This document shows, piece after piece, positions 34,158 through 44,719 of a DNA stretch of 64,000 nt. Position 1 is the first letter of the stretch. Every line of letters starts with the position of its first letter. A model generated the notes under the pieces. That model was given only the letters and a program-made list of their open reading frames with translations, ran no database searches and was not told the DNA's origin. Origin of the DNA: Guillardia theta CCMP2712 (Eukaryota > Protista > Cryptophyta); contig NW_005434631.1 in the NCBI RefSeq assembly GCF_000315625.1, positions 62,001-126,000 on the forward strand, written 5' to 3'. The position numbers were made by a program, and so were the translations under genes.

Positions 34158-34670
34158 ATGTATTCCATTGTATCCATCTACAATGTTGTTAAGAACATCA
34201 CGCACAATGTTGACATCACCGACACGGCCTTTCAGTATCTGAATGACATGATCTATAAGAGATTTGTCAAACGGATTGTAAAATATCTGAATGATAACAA
34301 GGATTGCTCTCTGGATGCGCTTGATACGTATCTGAGAAGCATCACGATAGACATCAATCGTTATCATGTTGTTGAGTGCGCATGGGAAGAGATGAAGGAT
34401 GGCAACAAGACTATAAGATTGAGTTCGAAGGAAACTCGGAACATCTTCAGGTCTGCTGGTCTGAAACATAAGATGTCCAAAGACATGGTGATATACATCA
34501 CTAAGGTAATTGAGAAATTATATGTAGATATAATGTCCATTGCCACTGACCTGATAGAAGAGAAGCAGAATACACGGGTAACCCAAGGCTACATATATGA
34601 GGCATTGCACAATGATTATTATCTCAAATTCTTGTTCCAATATCCTCGCAAACCTTCCTCCAAGAAATAA
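34158..34670 (+). CDS. Divergent histone doublet H2B-H2A
   Basis: [31 protein letters not shown] aligns with H2B [98 protein letters not shown] aligns with H2A [68 protein letters not shown]. Confidence 0.78.
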   Translation: [170 protein letters not shown]

Positions 34671-34748
34671 AACCTATTGTGTAAACATGATTGATTTTAT
34701 AATTTTTAGCCCAAAGTTTGAATACAAAAAGAATGATTGTACAGAATC

Positions 34749-36704
34749 TTATGCAAATTGGAAGCCAGTGTTGTTGTATAGGATTGCCTTGAAGAAATCA
34801 AAAATCATCTCTTTGACATTCTTATAACGATTTGATAATTCTAGAACAAAACCACATGTATGAGCTATCGGCAGAAATTGTCGATTATATATCCTGATGC
34901 TATAATTGCTTGTTGTATCATTGATAATATGATCCGCTGCTGTCCAGAATACCAATACTTTTTTAACGAAGTCCTTGAACCTTGGAACATATCTATCTGC
35001 CAATTGTTGATTCTGTGTGTCAAGGCCTTTCCAATCTTCTAATAATTCTTTGTACATTGAATCACTCATTGTTAGCATGCCCTTGAATATATTCTTTATG
35101 TGTTCAATATCAACATTTGAAGCATTGCCTGTGAATGACACCCTTCCAAGCATGTTCTTCATGGCTGCTCGTGTGTCTTGAACATACGAGAATATCCTGC
35201 TGATGTCCCCTATTTGGATTCCCTTTTCAATGAATATCCCATCGCTCTTGATCTGCATTCCACGCAATATGTTCCTGTACATTGACTTCAATTCATTGTA
35301 TCTTGTGGATGGATCATAATCAAAGACATCAAGTATTATATCATCAACCACCTTTTTTATGCTTTTCCTTTTCTTATTGAGAAGGCTAGCCATCTTCTTG
35401 TTGACACCTATGTCAAGCATGTAGAACACAAAGATGTCATAGTAAGAGATTATCCTGTTTCTAACATCACTCATCCATGATTCATGGCTCCTTGACTGTT
35501 GATACAATTGAGCATGCCTATTGCTGTCTTCATATATAGACATATCATCAACCTCGATGTTTGCTCTAATTCGTGACCTCATAGGCTTGTACATAAGACT
35601 TGCCACATCAATCAACGCTATGCGTTCAGGTATTCCATAATCATTCATCAAGAGGAATTTCATTACATAACCAATGAACCTGTAATGCTTTGCGTCAAGA
35701 TCTCTCTTGAAGATATACACATCCTTTGAGCCTGGAATTTTTTTCAGATACCTTTGAATGAATTGTTTAGACAGATTGGTAAGGAATTGACGGGTGAGAC
35801 CACCATGATCTAAGCCGTCACTGTTCAGATAGTTCACATTTCTTATCACAAATGGCCTTGTCCTTGATTCAAATTTTCCTAAGATATGATCAATCTCTTC
35901 TTCATCTCCAATGACTATAGGCAATTTGCGCTTGTTGTTGGTTTGTGCAAGGAATTCCTTGGTCTGTTTTATATCATATGCGTGCCTCTTTGTATTGTAG
36001 CACACATGCTTCATGAGATCACGCATGGGATCATCTTCAATAAATGATAGCTCTATGTCACAATCCTCGTCCTTGTAATCTGTGTTTCGGGATCTGCTCT
36101 TTAGTGAAGCAGAATTCACTGACAATGATTTTGATGACACATTATTCGAACCTGATCGATCCAAACGAGGGTTGCGATGATGGGAGCGAGGTGTATTATT
36201 AGAGCTTCTACTAGAAACATTGGCAGCATTCAATTGTGTTACTATATCTTCTTCTGTCATGCCATTGTTATTTTGAATTTGACGCAATACATAAGCCGCA
36301 TTGCGTGTCATCCTATCGATCATGTCAAAATCTAAGGTTGTTGGATCATCTGTTTGTAAAATTCTAACATCAAAGAAGAGTTTTATAATATGTTTCACTG
36401 CAGGAAATCTTAGGATCATATCTAGGTGTCTGATATTCGTAACTCTGGTGAATAAAAAGTTGAAGATATGACTATCAAGCCTAATCAGGTCTGCATCTTC
36501 ATTATTCCTTCCATGATTGATTTCATTTATATCAAACATTAACAAATTCATCATGTAATTGTTGTCTCTCATGGTGAGCCATGCTTCAACAACCACTTCA
36601 TCTAGACGAATAATTGTAGCTATGTCTTGTGCTCCAATGAGATTGATGTTGCTGCGTTGCAATCTGAAATAATGCAGATTTCGATTGTATATGTTTTGTT
36701 CCAT
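34749..36704 (-). CDS. HECT-domain E3 ubiquitin ligase-like protein
   Basis: VNYLNSDGLDHGGLTRQFL (cf. GxDxGGLxREFF), YRFIGYVM, LVFWTA, and catalytic LPIAHTC...LEL...Y...AI...GF at the C-terminus. Confidence 0.85.
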   Translation of the reverse strand: MEQNIYNRNLHYFRLQRSNINLIGAQDIATIIRLDEVVVEAWLTMRDNNYMMNLLMFDINEINHGRNNEDADLIRLDSHIFNFLFTRVTNIRHLDMILRFPAVKHIIKLFFDVRILQTDDPTTLDFDMIDRMTRNAAYVLRQIQNNNGMTEEDIVTQLNAANVSSRSSNNTPRSHHRNPRLDRSGSNNVSSKSLSVNSASLKSRSRNTDYKDEDCDIELSFIEDDPMRDLMKHVCYNTKRHAYDIKQTKEFLAQTNNKRKLPIVIGDEEEIDHILGKFESRTRPFVIRNVNYLNSDGLDHGGLTRQFLTNLSKQFIQRYLKKIPGSKDVYIFKRDLDAKHYRFIGYVMKFLLMNDYGIPERIALIDVASLMYKPMRSRIRANIEVDDMSIYEDSNRHAQLYQQSRSHESWMSDVRNRIISYYDIFVFYMLDIGVNKKMASLLNKKRKSIKKVVDDIILDVFDYDPSTRYNELKSMYRNILRGMQIKSDGIFIEKGIQIGDISRIFSYVQDTRAAMKNMLGRVSFTGNASNVDIEHIKNIFKGMLTMSDSMYKELLEDWKGLDTQNQQLADRYVPRFKDFVKKVLVFWTAADHIINDTTSNYSIRIYNRQFLPIAHTCGFVLELSNRYKNVKEMIFDFFKAILYNNTGFQFA

Positions 36705-36783
36705 GTTGTTTGTTATACAATCATATAGTTTTATGATTTGACTGTTTCATAATCCTCACTATTTTATGCAATTACAGATATAA

Positions 36784-37011
36784 ATGGATGTTTCCTATAT
36801 TCAAAAGCTAATCCAACCTAGAACGCTGTCCGCGAGGTCATCATCTCCCACCTCGCAGGACATTGAAGATGTTCTCAGGCTCTTACAACACAACAAGGAA
36901 TTCTACACGCAGTTGTGTAACGATCGCACAATGTTGCGACAATTTGCTTCAGATAATCATATCAATGAGAAGAAGCTCCTTAAATTCTCGAAGTACATCG
37001 ATTTGCTGTGA
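36784..37011 (+). CDS. Small hypothetical protein
   Basis: ATG-initiated 75-aa ORF divergent from the HECT gene. Confidence 0.45.
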   Translation: MDVSYIQKLIQPRTLSARSSSPTSQDIEDVLRLLQHNKEFYTQLCNDRTMLRQFASDNHINEKKLLKFSKYIDLL

Positions 37012-37450
37012 TCCATCAAAGAATCTATAATGCTGCGCAGAAAGAAGAACATAGAGAGGCTTAACCTGCTTGATCTTCCTGATAATGTATTGGAAACAAT
37101 CATTGATAAGTATAAGGCCCTCTTCTGTGAGCATCAATTGGTCCTCAAGAGGTGGATTTATGGATCCAATGCAGAGTTTCAGAATGAGCAATGAAGCGTA
37201 GAGGTAGTGCAGATTACACTTCTTCCTGTCGACCCTCTGTAAAAGCCCCATTGATATTTGCGAATACATCATACCAAAAAGATATCATTGATATGTATGG
37301 TGAGAGGCTCAACAAGAACTTCTTGTTCCGTTAGCAGCTCAACAAATGACTGTCCATCGTGAAGTAAAACATCAAGATCGATGTGTCCCAGCTCATATTG
37401 CAAAATCTTGATGACCTCCTTGTTATCTTCCCTAGGGTACAGGTAAAGCA

Positions 37451-39991
37451 TCATGAACTCCCATGACCGAGCGATCGGATCATGTTCTTCCTGTCCGCGT
37501 TCAACCTCCATGTGATCATCTTTGTCCCCACCGACCCCATTCCTGTGTCTCCAATCCAGTGATTGAATACGTATACCAAAGCGACAAACATGCGTTTCAA
37601 CTGTTTTAGCCCATCTTTCACCCACAATGCGTCGCAGGGGTCCCTCTGTAATATGAATTTGAAAAGATCAAGCAGCGGATCGTTCAAGGCTTCAGAGTCC
37701 ATATGCTGGACAGGGTTAAGTACTTGTTTGTCCCTATGCATCTTCTGGATTTCGGGGTCGATTACATCCCAATCACCCTTGACACATAGTCTGAATCCCA
37801 CACGAGCCATTTCCTCATCAATGAATTTGTTGATCTCCTGAACAGCTTTGGCGTACACTGTAGAGCCTGAGTTTGCATTGCGTGTGCGTGCTTTCTCAAC
37901 CAATACAAAGCCTCTTTCTATTGCCTGATCCACATCGGTTTCATGAAGTGGAGGTGGCGATTGTATCTGACTTCCCCAGTCCTTGAGCACCTCTCTGATG
38001 AATCCACCTGCTTCCCCATCTTTCCGTTTGACCATGTCTGCAAAGTATGCAGCAGTCATTACAAGAGCCTTAAAGATGGTCGTCTTGTTGCCCAAGTATG
38101 GATGCCTGTTCAAGGTGATGAAGGACAGCTTGAGTTTTAGTATTTCACATTTGTTGACTACGTTGTCACTTGAATTTTGTTCTGGTTCCCATTCCAATGT
38201 CGGAGATCCAAAGTACCGAAGTCTGTGTGTGTCGGAAGTAAAGTCAACGTTTCTATCAAAATCTGTTATCTCTGCAGAAGCTGCTTTAGCCAAAGCACTC
38301 GACATTGTCTTCTCATTATCGTCAACAGGCTTGTAGCCTTTTTGCACAGTCATGTTGAAAACATCACAAGCTGCGAGTATGGTGTCTTGATCATAGTTCA
38401 TCAACTGGTCAATAATCTTCATCTCCTTTGACAACCATCTGTCATATCCACTGTATGACTCTTCATCTTCAAAAATACTACGAAGCACACGATCCAACTG
38501 TTCATTGCTGCTGTTAATCCTTGGTCTCAATTTGCTTTTTGTGTTGAGAGGATGATCCTGTTCTTGCATCTCATTGTTCTCTTTACGCTTCTTCTGTCTC
38601 TTGGGGAAATTGTTTGCTCTAGCCCTAGGTGCATCAATGTGTATCAACTCAATTTCGTCAAACTTGTCAATGCAATGTTGAAAGACCAGATTGTACATCT
38701 TTTGCATTCTTTCAATGAAGTATGGTGTTGGTCGATAGTCTCTTGTCGCCAAATGGTCCAGGGTCCTTTCTATATCATCGGTTGTGAATCCTTGGTCTGG
38801 CAAAGGGTATTCTCTTGAGAAGAGGAGAGTCGTGGGGTGTGGATACAGATCAGGCTTCGTGCCACCGTCACCATACACGGCACTGTCGAACAGATGGTCG
38901 TTTTTCTCAAAAGATTTGCAGTAGACGTATAGATCTTGCCGTTTCTCAATCTCCGTGTAGACACGCTCGAACACCTCATTCCCCAGCAAACTCCTGATAT
39001 GGCTCAAGACCATGTCTTTTCTCTTCTTTGGATCACAACTTCTGAATCGGATAAATGAGTATTTGGGCGAGAACATCATAATCCGAGTTCCCTTTCCTCC
39101 AGTAAAATATGCAAATGTCAAAGCATTGGGATCCAGCTGCCCTAAGCGTGCCATGATCTCGTTTGTGATGAGTGAAACGGTTGCAAACCCTTTCTTTGCA
39201 GCATCTATTTCCGCGTCTGATAGAAGGTGCTTCATACCGCATACGTACTGTTTCACTGCGGTTTGAACATTGATACCTCCTTGGTCAGGATGGTCAGAAA
39301 GCCAATGAGAGTCAACATCAACATCGAAGAGTGTTACCCAGGCAACATTTTCGGACTCATCCTTTAATCTCTGGAATGTGATAGTGTTGTACAGTGCTAT
39401 TCTTGTATTTTCATAGAAATGTTCGAGAAACGTTTGTTCTTTTGTGTGTATAGCCAGTAAATACTCCTTTTGGAACTTCTTATCCCACTGTGCATCATTC
39501 TTGTTCAATCTTGTCATTTGTTTGATCTCATCGTCACGTAGAGCTTGATAACTTTCACTTTGAAGTGATTTGGTATCCTCTATTAAGTGTTGTTGCACAA
39601 TAGCAGCAGGTACGATCAAGGTGGTATTCGTGTACGGCTGATAGGAGAGACTGCTCGATCCCGAAGGAGGATAGATTCTCACCTTGATGAATACCTGACC
39701 ATTACTTGGAAGACTTCCAGAATCAGGGATCGACAAACCCCTCAGATGGTGAATATTTCTCATCTTGGCATTGCCAAGATCGTTTTCGTCACTATCGGTC
39801 ACTTTCCGCTTTTTCTTGTCTGGTTCGCCATCCGATGGCATGTCAGATTCACCACCATACTCCCTTCCGTTTCGTGGTTTCATGAGGAGAGATTTTCCTC
39901 TTTTGTGGTCCTGTTGAGGGATACTTATATACTCAATTCTTTCAAAATCACGAATACATATATCCACGGTTGGGATCCCACTCCTGTACAA
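37451..39991 (-). CDS. Large protein with a divergent AEP primase-like core
   Basis: LFDVDVD (DxD), AYFTGGKGTRI (sGxKGxH-like, His replaced by Arg), LFDSAVY (motif III-like). First ATG at 39883; NLS-like PDKKKRK. Confidence 0.55.
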   Translation of the reverse strand: MYRSGIPTVDICIRDFERIEYISIPQQDHKRGKSLLMKPRNGREYGGESDMPSDGEPDKKKRKVTDSDENDLGNAKMRNIHHLRGLSIPDSGSLPSNGQVFIKVRIYPPSGSSSLSYQPYTNTTLIVPAAIVQQHLIEDTKSLQSESYQALRDDEIKQMTRLNKNDAQWDKKFQKEYLLAIHTKEQTFLEHFYENTRIALYNTITFQRLKDESENVAWVTLFDVDVDSHWLSDHPDQGGINVQTAVKQYVCGMKHLLSDAEIDAAKKGFATVSLITNEIMARLGQLDPNALTFAYFTGGKGTRIMMFSPKYSFIRFRSCDPKKRKDMVLSHIRSLLGNEVFERVYTEIEKRQDLYVYCKSFEKNDHLFDSAVYGDGGTKPDLYPHPTTLLFSREYPLPDQGFTTDDIERTLDHLATRDYRPTPYFIERMQKMYNLVFQHCIDKFDEIELIHIDAPRARANNFPKRQKKRKENNEMQEQDHPLNTKSKLRPRINSSNEQLDRVLRSIFEDEESYSGYDRWLSKEMKIIDQLMNYDQDTILAACDVFNMTVQKGYKPVDDNEKTMSSALAKAASAEITDFDRNVDFTSDTHRLRYFGSPTLEWEPEQNSSDNVVNKCEILKLKLSFITLNRHPYLGNKTTIFKALVMTAAYFADMVKRKDGEAGGFIREVLKDWGSQIQSPPPLHETDVDQAIERGFVLVEKARTRNANSGSTVYAKAVQEINKFIDEEMARVGFRLCVKGDWDVIDPEIQKMHRDKQVLNPVQHMDSEALNDPLLDLFKFILQRDPCDALWVKDGLKQLKRMFVALVYVFNHWIGDTGMGSVGTKMITWRLNADRKNMIRSLGHGSS

Positions 39992-40095
39992 GATCGATCG
40001 ATCCCCTTGGTAGAGTTTGGGGGGGGGAATTCATTCAGCACTTTGTTTTCTTTTTTTCATTCCATCCGGACCCCCACCCCTCAATTCCTCTAGAT

Positions 40096-40400
40096 TCGGT
40101 GGGTAGTAGAGTACACCCCACCCTCTCCTGCCAGCTATCGAATCGGTGGGTAGTAGAGTACACCCCACCCTCTCCTGTATGATCAGCTATCGAATCGGTG
40201 GGTAGTAGAGTACACCCCACCCTCTCCTGTATGATCAGCTATCGAATCGGTGGGTAGTAGAGTACACCCCACCCTCTCCTGTATGATCAGCTATCGAATC
40301 GGTGGGTAGTAGAGTACACCCCACCCTCTCCTGTATGATCAGCTATCGAATCGGTGGGTAGTAGAGTACACCCCACCCTCTCCTGTATCATCAGCACCCC
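40096..40400. repeat. Tandem array of six palindromic units, 52-bp period
   Basis: Unit TCGGTGGGTAGTAGAGTACACCCCACCCTCTCCTGTATGATCAGCTATCGAA starts at 40096 (47-bp variant), 40143, 40195, 40247, 40299 and 40351. A degenerate copy lies at about 40873-40955. Confidence 0.95.
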
Positions 40401-41132
40401 ACCCCAACTACTGCAAACTCTAAATGAATGGCTTTGAGCTTCTCTCCTGCCACTGACATTCTGCTGAAATGTTTGCTTCCCGCGCGGCATGCATTTTTAA
40501 ACAGCTATGAGTCCAATAGAGGCCTTGATTGACGTGAAAGGTTATCGTAAAAATTTTGATTCATCTTTCGTTTTGCTGCGACCATTAAGCAAGCTTGCGA
40601 GTCGAACGATCAGGTTATCTGTACACATTCGGCGAGGGGATCTTATCGGAAAGAAAAATCAACGTCTATTGCCTCAGCTGGTAAAGGAAATCACAAGTGA
40701 TAACGGTGGCCAAAAGGTTGAACTGGTCTTTCATCTTGAAAGAAAGAGTTACACCGAATGCCGTCTGCATCTGGCAACTTTTTCAGTTGACTATCTCATT
40801 TATCCAATAGAGCTTATGATTGCATTCTTTCAATGAAGTATGGTTTTGGTACTTGTGTTGCCACACGAAAAAGGTATACCCCACCCTGTGCTGTATCACC
40901 AGGTATCGATTCGGTGGGTAGTTTAGTACACCCACCCCAACTACTGCAAACTCTAGTTGCAACCGCCTCATATTACAGTACCGCCTCATATTACAGTTTT
41001 AGTACAGGGTGAAACTAATACTCTCGACGCCCATTACAACAAAAGGAACGACGGCTGAAGAGAAAGACAAGTTTGTATCTTGATTTTTCATCAACGAAGA
41101 CGAGGAAATATGAGGCGCAAGAGAAAGTGGGA

Positions 41133-41230
41133 ATGATTGCAATTTGCTCCTGAGACAGCAGTGACACTGAAGGACATCGATATGATTGCAATTTGCTCCT
41201 GGAACAGCAGTGACACTGAAGGACATCGAT
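41133..41230. repeat. 49-bp tandem duplication
   Basis: ATGATTGCAATTTGCTCCTG..ACAGCAGTGACACTGAAGGACATCGAT twice (41133, 41182). Confidence 0.9.
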
Positions 41231-41350
41231 ACTCGACTAGTATCTATTCACGGATTACTCATAGCAAGCTACACAGTTGCAACCCGCTTGCTGGTCCATG
41301 CAAGGGGTCACAACGGACGATCAGTGGCGGGGTTCGTGTCGTCGAGCTTC

Positions 41351-42121
41351 TCACTGCGAGATCGGTTCCTTGTCGAGCTGCTGATTCTTCATCAGTCTTG
41401 CCCTCCGGTCTGAGTACCAGGAATAGGCGTACTTGCCTGTCCTGTAGCTCCCGTACGCCGCCGTACCGACGACAGCCGCACCGACGCATGCTACAGCAGC
41501 TGTTGTGGACAGTCCCAACATGCCGGTTGCTCCAATGCTCTGAAGCGTCGCTACCATTCCCCCTGATGCCATGGACGCGACTCCTCCTCCAGAAGCGACG
41601 GCTGAGGCTGACATCATAGACGCTGCCGTGCTGCCTGCGGCGATGCCAGTGCTGGTGAAACCAATCGCTTGCACTCCAGCCACAGCAGCGGCAGGAGCAA
41701 GCATCGCACCGCCCAGAGCCCCTCCTCCTGCAGCTGCCGCTCCTGATGAGATCCAAGGGCCTCCACGTCTAGCACTCTCAGTTGCCTCCTTTAGATCTGT
41801 GTCTTCCCACTGCACGATCCATTCAGCCGGAAGCTCCTCCACCCGTCTCAGCACCGCCTCCCCGTCAGACCCATCCAGACAAGTCAGAGGTTTCTTCTGA
41901 TCAGCGTCAGCATAGAAGATCGGTCCGTTGTCAAGCTTCTGATCCTTGGCAAAAACGCGAACAAACTGTTGGTCTTTGACCTTGAATGCAAACGAACCAT
42001 CGACCTCAACATTGAAGGACTCCATCGCTTCCTCTGGCAGCGGAACAGTATCCTCAGCAGCAGCAGATGTTTCTGGTGGGTTCATCGCACTTTCACCTTT
42101 GTCGGTGCTCGTTGGCGCCAT
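41351..42121 (-). CDS. IFI6/IFI27-like (Ifi-6-16 family) membrane protein
   Basis: [30 protein letters not shown]...[11 protein letters not shown] is the family signature. GC-rich, unlike its neighbours; first ATG at 42121. Confidence 0.85.
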   Translation of the reverse strand: MAPTSTDKGESAMNPPETSAAAEDTVPLPEEAMESFNVEVDGSFAFKVKDQQFVRVFAKDQKLDNGPIFYADADQKKPLTCLDGSDGEAVLRRVEELPAEWIVQWEDTDLKEATESARRGGPWISSGAAAAGGGALGGAMLAPAAAVAGVQAIGFTSTGIAAGSTAASMMSASAVASGGGVASMASGGMVATLQSIGATGMLGLSTTAAVACVGAAVVGTAAYGSYRTGKYAYSWYSDRRARLMKNQQLDKEPISQ

Positions 42122-42605
42122 GCCTTCCTGTTGCGGCTTTTCTTTACTCAAAGTTAAGTTAAAAATCAGTACGAGGCCCGTGACCGGGCCGGCGGGCCGC
42201 GGCCGGGGCCCAGTTCAGTTCAAGTAGTCAAGCCTAGTCATAAGTTAGGTTAAAAATCAGTACGAGTTTCACTGAAAGTCAGTAGTGAGTTTACAGTACT
42301 GAAAGAGTAGAGGAGGCTTGTCGGACCCTGAAAAGGCTGTCGCACATCATGGCATGCCATAGTGGCGAGAAGTGATTAGGTATACCCCCAAACTGCGGCG
42401 AGAAGAGAAAAGACAGCGAGAACCGACCCTCATCATCCTGCCCACTGATGTCCCGGCCGGGCCGCGAGAGTCCCGGCGCCGGTCCGCCGGTGACCGTCGG
42501 AGTCCCGAGTCCGGTACGGTCGAGTCCCGGTCCCCGGGCCGGGCCCTCACTAGTCCTTTATTTTACTCTAAGTTAAGTTAAAATGGAGGAATCTGGCTTT
42601 TCGTA

Positions 42606-43034
42606 ATGCAGCGACAAAATGCAGCTGCAGCATTCATGGATGACGGTGATGCACAAGAGACAGAGAAAAATGATAAAAGTGGTAAAACAATGGGATGGCT
42701 TGCTACAGCAGCAGCTGGACTAGGAATCATAGCTGGGGCCGCCATCCTTTTGACTCAAAAAGAAAGCTGTCCAACGGAGGAGATGGTTGTTCGCAAGATC
42801 AGAACTGTGACTGACGAGTTTCGTCGTCGGAATAAAAATTATCCAAAAGATGAGGGTGATTTTAGCTATTTTATTTGGAGGTACAAGAAGTTGAAACAAG
42901 AGGACAAGGAACGCTGTGTCAATTGGAGAAATAAAATCGCTCATCAAAACTGGAGCGAACTGAAAGATGAGGAGAAACGCGAGTTTTACGATATTCTCTG
43001 CCGTATTGAGACTGATTTGTCTCCATGGCAGTAA
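42606..43034 (+). CDS. Hypothetical single-TM protein
   Basis: Hydrophobic WLATAAAGLGIIAGAAILL followed by a charged domain. Confidence 0.55.
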   Translation: MQRQNAAAAFMDDGDAQETEKNDKSGKTMGWLATAAAGLGIIAGAAILLTQKESCPTEEMVVRKIRTVTDEFRRRNKNYPKDEGDFSYFIWRYKKLKQEDKERCVNWRNKIAHQNWSELKDEEKREFYDILCRIETDLSPWQ

Positions 43035-43879
43035 TAAGGGCACTTGCAATGAGGTGGTATTGTGTGAATTACTCTGCTTATTTCCCGATTATTGTTGCGG
43101 AAACTTTTAATACTTGAATGAAGAGGAGCTTTTAGATCTCCCGCTGATGAATACCAGTTGTAACACCATTTTGGCTCAGAACACAAAATTTGTGATCTTT
43201 GGCATGTCTTGTATGTCGAGCACCACCACTTGCGCCCATTACCTATGCAGAATCATAGCAATGGGACCAGATTTGATTGGGATCATTACATCAAACCGCG
43301 CAATTGCGAACTCGGGCGAGAGCATATTGAAAGGATTGTAGAAGAAATAAACATGCACCTGGATAGTGTCCAGAGTGAACTATCAAGGCGCCCCTGAGAC
43401 TCAATCCAACTATGTGTTGCTTGAGATCAGTCATCTTTCAGTCGCTTGACTCAATCTTCATTCTGCAACCAATGGCTTGCGATGAAGGATCAGGTTCATA
43501 TCCCAGATCCTGTAGTGCTATGCTATCTCTGTATGAACCTGTTCGGCAGTCCATATTCAAAGATTGCAGCTCTCACTGCCTCACTGTATGCATCCAAATT
43601 GGCAGTTCTTTTGAATTCTCTTGTGATAGCCGAAGTGGCGCATCTTGGAAGAATTGCAATGCTTCTAATGCCTTCTATGTGAAAGGCTACATGAGGCAGA
43701 GTCCCATAAGATACACAAGCAAACATTCAAAACATCAGCAACCAATCAGCTCTTTGAATATGCCAGCAACAGAGAGATTAGGTTCACACCCGAGCACTTC
43801 TTTAGCAATAACCCATACTCATTCGACTTGCTGCTCAAACTTGAATATGGATTGTCTTATGATACTCAAGACATAGCTT

Positions 43880-44719
43880 ATGCCCGATCGCATCAAATGG
43901 GCTCTTCTCACTTATCCAGGCATGGACATGGATTGGAAAGGCCTATCCCTCAATCCCATGGTGAGGCATCTATCTAAATCATTCTTAGAGAGGCATCATG
44001 CAAACCTATCACCGCCTCACTTGTCACAGAACAAGAACGCTGTCACGATACTTGAGATGTATCCTGTTCTTATTGATTGGAAGGCCTTGTCCACAAACTG
44101 CAACGCAATGCATCTGCTTGAGAGCAATCCTGATAAGATTGATTGGGAGGAGTTGCAAGAGAACCCTAGCCATAGAGCATTTCAGATGGTCCTAGAAAGG
44201 AACTCAGGTCATACATCTTTAGATATTACATTTTACATGGCTCACAGGGATGGCCCTTATCTGGTCGATAAATTCTTCAATGAACTACGCTCTGATGAAT
44301 TTGAAACAAGGGTGAGAAGGGAATTCCGAGATGCAATCCAAGGAGGGAATATCAATGGCAATAACGTTGTGCCCTACTATCTCCTCTCATTGAACTTCAG
44401 CAGCCATCCTAAGCTGGTTGATCTATATGAATACCTTTATAGATTGGCGCGGCGTGTTGCTAAAGAGGTGTGCCAAGAGGCCAATGACACAACCCAACTT
44501 GAACGCTTCTATGGGTTTATAGATGAAAAGATGCCCTGGCGCAAGATATGCAGCAATCCTGGGTGCCTGGTGAAGACATCTATAACCATCGATATACACA
44601 CAGAACTCTCAAGGATTGACCCTAAGATGTCTGGATTTATTGAGAACGATAGGAGAGAGCTCTCTGATACAAGTATAAGATCGTTGTTTCCTGATTGGAA
44701 AAATCTGAAAGCACCATAA
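43880..44719 (+). CDS. IDWxxLSxN repeat protein (second copy of the type)
   Basis: MDWKGLSLNP, IDWKALSTN, IDWEELQENP. Confidence 0.7.
   Translation: MPDRIKWALLTYPGMDMDWKGLSLNPMVRHLSKSFLERHHANLSPPHLSQNKNAVTILEMYPVLIDWKALSTNCNAMHLLESNPDKIDWEELQENPSHRAFQMVLERNSGHTSLDITFYMAHRDGPYLVDKFFNELRSDEFETRVRREFRDAIQGGNINGNNVVPYYLLSLNFSSHPKLVDLYEYLYRLARRVAKEVCQEANDTTQLERFYGFIDEKMPWRKICSNPGCLVKTSITIDIHTELSRIDPKMSGFIENDRRELSDTSIRSLFPDWKNLKAP

Noticed and set aside
40096-40400. CRISPR array
   Set aside because: Units are identical head-to-tail with no unique spacers, and no cas genes are present.
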